In this document: positions 28,217-34,861 of the stretch, in pieces
Numbering within the stretch: position 1 is the first letter of the stretch
Layout: each line of letters begins with the position of its first letter
Source of the DNA: Candidatus Tagabacteria bacterium CG09_land_8_20_14_0_10_41_14
Lineage (GTDB): Bacteria; Patescibacteriota; Minisyncoccia; JAHISW01; Tagabacteraceae
NCBI GenBank assembly: GCA_002774055.1
Contig: PEZL01000005.1
Location: 1,101 to 35,961 of the forward strand
Reading direction: 5' to 3'
Length of the DNA: 34,861 nt
Notes under the pieces: generated by a model
Seen by the model: only the letters and a program-made list of their open reading frames with translations
The model's database searches: none
What the model was told of the DNA's origin: nothing
Made by a program: the position numbers and the translations under genes

Positions 28217-30139
28217 ATGGAAGACAACAGCAGTTTAGAAAAACTAAAAAAGCGATTATATAAGGAAGGAGATAATGAATTGGAGAAAAGGACGGAAAGG
28301 CGGGAGACTTTTTCAGAAGGGGAAGGCATAAAATCTTATTGGAATAAACCAACTCGTCTTCGTGAAGATTTTAAGCAGACAATTAAATCTATGAAAAAGA
28401 AAACTAAATTTCCTTATTTTTGGCTCTTTTTATTGATTGGCGCCATAGCGCTCTTTTCTTTTGGCGGTCTTTATTTGTTGGGAGCGGGTATTTTCCCGGG
28501 CGCGAATGTTGTTTCCTCTCGTAATATTGATTTGGGTCTGGAGGGGCCTTCGTTGGTTAACGCCGGAGAATACAACAGGTGGTTTGTCAGTCTTACCAAT
28601 AATAACGCCGCGACGCTGGAATTGTCCGACGTAATTTTAAAATACCCCGCCGGTTCTTTGGACGCGGATGGAGAAATTATAAAGGAACAGCGTTTTCCAC
28701 TTGGCAAGGTTCGCTCCGGAGAGAACATCAGGCAAGGAGTCGGCTTTTTTGCGATGGGAGAGGAAGAAGAACTAAAAGAGATTGAAATAATTCTTGAGTA
28801 TAGATTAGAAGGCTCAAACGCTATTTTTGCCAAATCCGAGCTAAGAGTAATAAAACTGTCCCGTTCTCCCGTCGGCATCTCTTTGCATTTTCCCAAAGAA
28901 ACAGAAGCGGGCCAGGAATTATCTCTGGGTATTGAATATGTTTCAAACAGTGAAGTTGTTTTGAAAAATCTTTATCTTAAAATAGAGTATCCGCCGGGTT
29001 TTCGTTTTGTGGATTCTTCCTTGCCAGCCGTAGGGGGGAAAAACGAATGGGAGATCGGCGATTTAGCTCCGCGGGAACAGCACAGCCTGGAGGTCAAGGG
29101 AATATTGGAGGGGCAGGATCTTACGGAATTGGTTTTTCATGTTTCAATTGGCCGTAAAGACGAGAATAATGATTTTAATAATTTTAATTCGCAAACTGCC
29201 TCCGTTGTTTTGAAAAGATCGTTTCTTAATTTGAGTGTGTTGGTAAACGGTAAAGACGTTGATGTTATTTCAAGCGGTAAATCTTTGACGATTACTATCC
29301 CGTGGGAAAATGATTTACCTACGGAGGTGCGCAATGCGGTTATTAACGTAAAATTAACCGGTGAGGTGGTGGATTTTTATACCTTGAACGTTTCCCGGGG
29401 TTTTTATAGATCTTCTGATAACAGTATAATCTGGAATTTTTCCAGTTTTTCGGATTTGTCCTCGCTTAGCCCCGGAGAAACGGGGGAAGCGAAGTTTTCT
29501 TTTTCCTTGAAAGATGTTTTTTCAGTAGAGCAGCCGGAGGATAAAAATTTTTCTTTCGTGATTGAGGGTGAAATGACGGGAATAAGAATAAGCGAACAGG
29601 GAGACACTTCGGATATCAGAAGCACCTTTTCTAAAGAAGTGAAGATTGCCTCCCATGTTCAGTTGGTTTCAAGCGTTTTGCATTATTCCGGCCCTTTTTC
29701 AAACCAGGGCGCTGTGCCTCCCAAGGTGGGCGAACAAACCACCTATACTATTTCTTGGTCTGTTTCCAATTTTTATAATGACGTTTCGGCCGTGATTGTG
29801 CGGGCATCATTGCCGTCTTATATTTCTTGGCTGGATAAGGTTGATCCTGCGGGTGAAGATGTAACTTACAATGCTTCAACGGGCGAAGTTGTTTGGACTC
29901 CCGGATTGGTGGAGGCGGGTACCGGAATTTTAAGACCTGTTAAAACTTTTTCTTTTCAGGTTGCGCTGACGCCGGCTCTTAATCAGGTTGGCGATTCCCC
30001 TGTCTTATCTGATCGGCCTTCTTTTGAGGGGAAGGATTTGTTTACCGGCGTGGTTTTAAGAACAACCGGCGTTTTATTAAAAACCAATTCTATCCCGGAG
30101 GCACAATTCAATAATTATCTGGGAAAGGTGATAGAATAA
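28217..30139 (+). CDS. Hypothetical membrane-anchored protein with a large extracytoplasmic beta-rich region
   Basis: 640 aa. A charged N-terminus and one TM helix ([29 protein letters not shown]) are followed by several segments with a recurring 'L.PGE....(F/L)' type pattern ([44 protein letters not shown]), suggesting repeated Ig-like/CARDB-like domains. Confidence 0.55.
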   Translation: MEDNSSLEKLKKRLYKEGDNELEKRTERRETFSEGEGIKSYWNKPTRLREDFKQTIKSMKKKTKFPYFWLFLLIGAIALFSFGGLYLLGAGIFPGANVVSSRNIDLGLEGPSLVNAGEYNRWFVSLTNNNAATLELSDVILKYPAGSLDADGEIIKEQRFPLGKVRSGENIRQGVGFFAMGEEEELKEIEIILEYRLEGSNAIFAKSELRVIKLSRSPVGISLHFPKETEAGQELSLGIEYVSNSEVVLKNLYLKIEYPPGFRFVDSSLPAVGGKNEWEIGDLAPREQHSLEVKGILEGQDLTELVFHVSIGRKDENNDFNNFNSQTASVVLKRSFLNLSVLVNGKDVDVISSGKSLTITIPWENDLPTEVRNAVINVKLTGEVVDFYTLNVSRGFYRSSDNSIIWNFSSFSDLSSLSPGETGEAKFSFSLKDVFSVEQPEDKNFSFVIEGEMTGIRISEQGDTSDIRSTFSKEVKIASHVQLVSSVLHYSGPFSNQGAVPPKVGEQTTYTISWSVSNFYNDVSAVIVRASLPSYISWLDKVDPAGEDVTYNASTGEVVWTPGLVEAGTGILRPVKTFSFQVALTPALNQVGDSPVLSDRPSFEGKDLFTGVVLRTTGVLLKTNSIPEAQFNNYLGKVIE

Positions 30140-30351
30140 TGAATTATGAAATAAACAATTTAATGGACAAAATCGTGAGTCTGGCGAAAAGACGGGGTTT
30201 TGTGTATCCGGGTTCGGAGATTTACGGCGGTTTTGCCGGCGCTTGGGATTACGGCCCGCTTGGGGCGGAAATGCTTTACAACATAAAAGAGGCTTGGTGG
30301 AAAAATTTGTCAGCAGCAGAGAAGATATGTATGGCTTGGCAAGCACTATAA
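30139..30351 (+). CDS. glyQS: Glycine--tRNA ligase, N-terminal fragment ORF (frame A)
   Basis: [55 protein letters not shown] is the conserved class-II GlyRS N-terminus. After the A5 run at 30301..30305 the frame stops resembling GlyRS. Confidence 0.75.
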   Translation: MNYEINNLMDKIVSLAKRRGFVYPGSEIYGGFAGAWDYGPLGAEMLYNIKEAWWKNLSAAEKICMAWQAL

Positions 30352-31349
30352 TTATGCCGGAGTCTGTTTGGGCGGCATCAGGGCATTTGGAGAATTTTAC
30401 CGACCCTTTGGATGGTAAAAAATTTAACACTATGTTTAAGTCGGAGGCCGGCGCGCGAAAGGGCGAAACAACGAACGTTTATCTGCGGCCGGAATTGGCT
30501 CAGGGGATGTTTGTGAATTTTAAAAACATTGTTGATTCTTTTCATCCCAATCTGCCGTTTGGTATTGCTCAAATCGGAAAATGTTTCAGAAACGAAATTT
30601 CTCCGCGCGATTTTCTTTTTAGGGTGAGAGAGTTTAATCTTATGGAATTTGAATATTTTATTTTAGAAAAGGAATGGGAAAAGCATTTTGAATATTGGAG
30701 AAAAGAAATGTGGGATTGGATTAAGGAAATAGGCATTAATAAAGATAAAGTTCATGAATCGGAAGTATCAAAAGAAGAATTGGCGCATTATTCAAAAAGA
30801 ACGATTGATTTTGAGTTTGATTTTCCTTTTGGCAAAAAAGAACTTTACGGCCTTGCCTACCGCACTGATTATGATTTAGCAAATCATAAACTGAATTATT
30901 ATGATGAAGAAACCAAGAAAACTTTTATCCCTCATGTGATTGAGCCAACCTTTGGGGCCGATAGAACAATGCTGGCTATTTTGACCGGCGCTTACGCCGA
31001 AGATGAACTTGGTGGAGAGAAAAGAGTTTTTTTGAAACTGAAACCGCGCATTGCGCCGGTAAAGGTTGCGGTGTTTCCGTTGTTAAAAAATAAAGCGAAG
31101 TTGGTGGAAAAGGCGAGAGAGGTTTATAAGATGATTAAAGTTGCGATTCCGCAATTAATGTTTGACGATAACGGCAATATCGGCAAGCGCTACAGAAGGC
31201 AGGATGAAATCGGCACTCCTTTTTGCGTTACCGTAGATTTTGAAACTCTGGAAAATGATACCGTTACCGTCCGCGGCCGCGACACCGGTGAACAGCAAAG
31301 AGTTGGCGCAAAAGAACTTTTGGAATATATTCGGGAGAGATTGAAATAA
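30243..31349 (+). CDS. glyQS: Glycine--tRNA ligase, main ORF (frame B; GlyRS-like only from about 30303 onward)
   Basis: (K)[66 protein letters not shown] (motif 2), [14 protein letters not shown] (motif 3) and a C-terminal anticodon-binding domain. Confidence 0.88.
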   Translation: MGLRPAWGGNALQHKRGLVEKFVSSREDMYGLASTIIMPESVWAASGHLENFTDPLDGKKFNTMFKSEAGARKGETTNVYLRPELAQGMFVNFKNIVDSFHPNLPFGIAQIGKCFRNEISPRDFLFRVREFNLMEFEYFILEKEWEKHFEYWRKEMWDWIKEIGINKDKVHESEVSKEELAHYSKRTIDFEFDFPFGKKELYGLAYRTDYDLANHKLNYYDEETKKTFIPHVIEPTFGADRTMLAILTGAYAEDELGGEKRVFLKLKPRIAPVKVAVFPLLKNKAKLVEKAREVYKMIKVAIPQLMFDDNGNIGKRYRRQDEIGTPFCVTVDFETLENDTVTVRGRDTGEQQRVGAKELLEYIRERLK

Positions 31350-31375
31350 ATTGAAATAAAACTCTTAAAATAAAA

Positions 31376-31401
31376 ACAGACCGTACGCGGTCTGTTTTTT
31401 G
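31376..31401 (+). terminator. Rho-independent terminator after glyQS
   Basis: ACAGACCG-TACG-CGGTCTGT: an 8-bp stem and a 4-nt loop, followed by a T-run. Confidence 0.85.
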
Positions 31402-31434
31402 ATTTTTGTATAATTTCGTGTTAATTTTAGAATA

Positions 31435-32721
31435 ATGATAAAGTTTCAGAAAAAGGTTTTGTCGAATGGGCTTCGGGTGATTGTCGCGCCCATGGAAAAC
31501 ACACAGGCGGTTACTTTGCTTGTGCTTGTCGGCGTTGGCTCCAGATATGAGACTAAAAAAATCAGCGGCATTTCTCATTTTTTGGAACACTTATTTTTTA
31601 AGGGTACTAAAAGTCGGCCTAAGTCCGGCCATGTTCATCGCGATTTGGATAAAATCGGAGCTATTCATAATGCTTTTACTTCAAAAGAAACCACGGGATT
31701 TTGGGTAAAATCTTCGGCCAAGGATTTTGATACGAGTTTAGACATAGTGTCCGATATTTTACTGGAGTCTCTTTTTAAAAAAGAAGAAATAGAAAAAGAA
31801 CGAGGGGTAATTATTCAGGAAATCAGCATGTATGAGGACGAACCCATGAGAAAAGTGTGGGACGTGTTGGAAAGTTTAACTTACGGCGATCATCCTATCG
31901 GTTGGAGTATTGTCGGAGAAAAGGAAACAGTTTCTTCAATAAGACGCAGTGATATTATTGCGTATAAAAATAAAAATTATTTGTCTCAAAATATGGTGGT
32001 GGTTGTCGCGGGCGCCGTTGATTCTTTTGTCGCTTTTGAAAAAATCGGTAATGTTTTTAAGAAAATAAAAAAGGGTAAAAATAAGCGGGCGCTGAAGGCG
32101 AGAATCAGTCAAAAAAATCCTCGTGTAAAAATAATAAATAAACCGTCGGATCAGACTCATTTGGCTATGGCTGTGAGGGGTTATGATATGTATGACAAGA
32201 AAAGACACGCCTTGAATTTACTCGCGGTTATCCTTGGCGGGAACGCTTCTTCAAAACTTTTTGATGAAATAAGAGAAAAACTCGGTCTGGCTTATTATGT
32301 TTTCGCGAACTCCGACCAGTCCACGGATTGTGGCTATTTGGGTATTGGAATAGGCGTTTCTCATGATAATTCCGAGCGGGCCGTCAAAAAAACTTTTGAA
32401 ATCCTGCGCGCCTTAAAGAAGGAGGTTCTTTCTCAAAACGAATTGAAGTTTGCCAAAAGTTTTTTGCGCGGGCAGATGGCTTTAAAAATGGAAACTACAG
32501 ATGAGGTCGCCGCCTTTTGCGCTTCAAGAGAATTATTTTATAAAAAAATAGAACAACCGGAGGACATGCTGAAAAAGATTGAAAAAGTGACGGGAAGTGA
32601 TATTCTAAAAATAACGAGGGAGCTCTTTGTTCCTTCAAGGATAAATATCAGCGCTATAGGTTTTGAGGAAAAAGTTCCTTCAAAGGAGTCTTTTTATAAG
32701 AAATTATTTTCCCGTTTGTAA
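31435..32721 (+). CDS. M16 family (pitrilysin/insulinase-like) zinc peptidase
   Basis: 428 aa with the inverted zinc motif HFLEHLFFKGT (HxxEH), a downstream E (ERGVIIQEI) and two M16-type halves. Confidence 0.85.
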   Translation: MIKFQKKVLSNGLRVIVAPMENTQAVTLLVLVGVGSRYETKKISGISHFLEHLFFKGTKSRPKSGHVHRDLDKIGAIHNAFTSKETTGFWVKSSAKDFDTSLDIVSDILLESLFKKEEIEKERGVIIQEISMYEDEPMRKVWDVLESLTYGDHPIGWSIVGEKETVSSIRRSDIIAYKNKNYLSQNMVVVVAGAVDSFVAFEKIGNVFKKIKKGKNKRALKARISQKNPRVKIINKPSDQTHLAMAVRGYDMYDKKRHALNLLAVILGGNASSKLFDEIREKLGLAYYVFANSDQSTDCGYLGIGIGVSHDNSERAVKKTFEILRALKKEVLSQNELKFAKSFLRGQMALKMETTDEVAAFCASRELFYKKIEQPEDMLKKIEKVTGSDILKITRELFVPSRINISAIGFEEKVPSKESFYKKLFSRL

Positions 32722-32734
32722 TTTTGTTTAATCA

Positions 32735-33796
32735 ATGGCTGATTTATTGAAGAAAAAAATATTGGTGGAAATAACCGCGGGTACCATTGTGAAGGCGGTG
32801 CTTTTGCTTTTGCTTTTGGTTGTGCTTTATTATATTAAAGATGTTGTCGCGGTTGTTCTTTTTTCCATCGTTATTGCCTCCGCGATTGAACCTGCCGCCG
32901 TCTGGCTGGAAAAGAGAAAGATTCCCCGCGCCTTGGCGGTATTGTCTATTTATTTAATTGTTTTTTTTATTTTCGGTTCCCTCTTTTATCTGGTTTTACC
33001 CACTTTTCTTTCAGATTTGTCTCAATTCGTCAACGATTTTCCGACATATCTTAAAAACTCGGAAAGTCTGCGCTCTTTATACGGCATTTTGCCTTTTACT
33101 GGAGATGGTTCTTTTTCTTCTGTGGCGGAGGAAGTTTTATCCCGTCTGCAAAATCAACTAAGCAGTATTACTGTTGGTTTTTTCGCGGCCGCGACCAAGG
33201 TTTTTGGCGGAGTTTTATCTTTTTTTCTGATGATTGTTTTGTCTTTTTATCTTGCGGTTCAGAAAAACGGATTGGAAAACTTTCTAAGGATTGTTACTCC
33301 TGTTGAATATGAAAATTATATTCTCGGACTTTGGGAAAGGTCTCGCAAAAAGATAGGAAATTGGATGAAGGGTCAGGTGGTTTTGGGTATAGTGGTTGGA
33401 GTTTTGGTTTTTTTGGGTTTGAGTATTTTAAGAATAGAATACGCGCTTACTTTCGCGCTTCTTGCCGCGGTTTTTGAACTTATTCCTATCTTTGGTCCTA
33501 TCTTGGCTTCTATTCCGGCTATTATCGTGGCGTTTTTCCAAAGTCCGACTTTGGCTTTGGCGGCCATCGGTCTTTACGTGATTATTCAGCAATTTGAGAA
33601 TCATTTAATTTATCCTCTGGTTGTCAGAAAGATAATCGGTCTCCCGCCGATAATGGTGATTTTGGCGATTATAATCGGGGCGAAATTGGGGGGTTTTTTC
33701 GGGGTTCTTCTGGCGGTTCCCATGGCCACTGTTCTTCGGGAATTTTTGAATGATGCGGCGGCCAAAAAACACACGCTTTCTCAAAAATCCCGTTAG
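32735..33796 (+). CDS. AI-2E family transporter (PerM/UPF0118)
   Basis: 353-aa multi-pass membrane protein with FELIPIFGPILASIPAIIVAF and QQFENHLIYPLVVRKIIGLPPIMVILAIIIGAKLGGFFGVLLAVPMA. Confidence 0.8.
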   Translation: MADLLKKKILVEITAGTIVKAVLLLLLLVVLYYIKDVVAVVLFSIVIASAIEPAAVWLEKRKIPRALAVLSIYLIVFFIFGSLFYLVLPTFLSDLSQFVNDFPTYLKNSESLRSLYGILPFTGDGSFSSVAEEVLSRLQNQLSSITVGFFAAATKVFGGVLSFFLMIVLSFYLAVQKNGLENFLRIVTPVEYENYILGLWERSRKKIGNWMKGQVVLGIVVGVLVFLGLSILRIEYALTFALLAAVFELIPIFGPILASIPAIIVAFFQSPTLALAAIGLYVIIQQFENHLIYPLVVRKIIGLPPIMVILAIIIGAKLGGFFGVLLAVPMATVLREFLNDAAAKKHTLSQKSR

Positions 33797-33907
33797 TGAT
33801 CTAATCCTTGGGATTTTGCAACGGGTTAAAAAAAGAAAAAATAAGATTTATTCAAAGTTTATTAAATAACTTACGGAAATGTTAAAACATTTCCTATCAC
33901 TAACGGG
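33789..33907. mobile_element. 119-nt element bounded by perfect 12-bp inverted repeats (MITE-like or a long-range RNA stem)
   Basis: CCCGTTAGTGAT (33789..33800) and ATCACTAACGGG (33896..33907). The left arm contains the TAG stop of the transporter gene, and the right arm ends at the base before the metG ATG. Internal hairpin GGAAATG-ttaaaa-CATTTCC. Confidence 0.5.
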
Positions 33908-34861
33908 ATGGAAAAATTTTACGTTACAACTGCCATTGATTACGTCAATGGCGCGCCTCATTTAGGCCATGCTTTGGAAAAGATTCAGGCCGATGTCATT
34001 GCCCGCTATCAGCGTATGTTTGGTGAAAAAGACGTCTATTTTTTGACCGGCACCGACGAGCATGGAATAAAAATCGTTCAGTCGGCCGAGGAAGCCGGCC
34101 GAAAAGTTGAAGACTTTGTCGATTTGAATGTTGAAAAGTTTAAAAAACTTTGCGCGGATTTGAATATTTCTTATAGCGATTTTATTCGCACTTCCGACAA
34201 AAAAAGGCATTGGCCCGTGGCGCGGAGTATCTGGAAAAAAATGGAAGAGGAGGGGGATATTTATAAATCAAAATATAAGGGATTTTATTGCGTCGGTTGC
34301 GAGGCCTTTATAACGGAGAAAGATTTGATTAACGGAAAATGCCCGTATCACGAATCTTTGGAGCCGGAGTTGATAGAGGAAGAAAATTATTTTTTTAAAC
34401 TTTCAAAGTATGCCGCCGAGATTCGTAAAAAAATTGAGACGGATGAATTGTTAATTTTGCCGGAAGCCAGAAAAAACGAAGTTTTGGAAATACTTAAAGA
34501 CGTGAAAGACATCAGTTGTTCCAGGCCGGCCGAGAAAGTGTGTAATTGGGGCGTGCCGGTGCCGGGCGATGAATCGCAAATTATGTACGTTTGGATAGAG
34601 GCCCTTACGAACTATTTACAGCCAAAAGATTTTTGGCCCGCTGATACGCATGTGATAGGAAAAGATATTCTCCGTTTTCACGCCGTTGTGTGGCCGGCGA
34701 TGCTTTTGTCCGTCGGATTGGAATTGCCGAAAAAAATTTTTGCGCACGGATTTGTTTTATCGGGCGGTAAAAGAATGTCTAAAAGTTCGGGAAATGTTAT
34801 TGACCCGTTTGAATTGATAGAAGAATATGGCGCTGACGCCCTGCGTTATTACCTGCTTCGG
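33908..34861 (+). CDS. metG: Methionine--tRNA ligase (5' part; runs off the right edge)
   Basis: Absent from the track because it has no stop in the window. MEKFYVTTAIDYVNGAPHLGHALEKIQADVIARY (HIGH), the CVGCEAF...CPYH zinc knuckle and GKRMSKSSGNVI (KMSKS). The frame is open for 318 codons to the window end. Confidence 0.92.
   Translation, partial: MEKFYVTTAIDYVNGAPHLGHALEKIQADVIARYQRMFGEKDVYFLTGTDEHGIKIVQSAEEAGRKVEDFVDLNVEKFKKLCADLNISYSDFIRTSDKKRHWPVARSIWKKMEEEGDIYKSKYKGFYCVGCEAFITEKDLINGKCPYHESLEPELIEEENYFFKLSKYAAEIRKKIETDELLILPEARKNEVLEILKDVKDISCSRPAEKVCNWGVPVPGDESQIMYVWIEALTNYLQPKDFWPADTHVIGKDILRFHAVVWPAMLLSVGLELPKKIFAHGFVLSGGKRMSKSSGNVIDPFELIEEYGADALRYYLLR

Overview
AT-rich, gene-dense chromosomal segment that looks like a Candidate Phyla Radiation / Patescibacteria (Parcubacteria-like) genome: small housekeeping genes, short intergenic gaps and many overlapping stop/start junctions. 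TGA is used as a stop. Content, left to right: a secreted repeat protein (partial), tRNA-Val, recJ, rnhA, a GAF protein, comEC split from its MBL domain, ndk, a beta-CASP nuclease, a LOG-like protein, an MgtC-family protein, a permease, an EndoQ-like PHP nuclease, polX, ssrA (tmRNA), smpB with a RelE/AbrB toxin-antitoxin (TA) pair directly upstream, secE-nusG-rpmI-rplT-infC-rplK, dCMP deaminase, an unknown three-gene cassette, ftsH, argS, two more RelE-type TA pairs, ileS, recO, a large membrane-anchored protein, glyQS, an M16 peptidase, an AI-2E transporter and metG (partial). Most notable observations: (1) IleRS carries an apparently intact histidine-phosphatase (PGAM-like) domain nested in its catalytic body. 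(2) A promoter-plus-terminator-bounded, roughly 200-nt structured non-coding unit lies antisense between the EndoQ-like gene and polX. (3) Three essential or conserved genes carry lesions: an in-frame TGA plus a 9-residue core deletion in ftsH, a frameshift at an A5 run in glyQS, and comEC split at an A7 run. (4) Short GC-rich palindromes and A-rich repeats sit in frame inside essential genes or exactly fill stop-to-start gaps. (5) A TA operon appears fused to the trans-translation operon. (6) A TA cassette is flanked by a duplicated argS 3' end. No rRNA, CRISPR array, transposase or integrase was seen.
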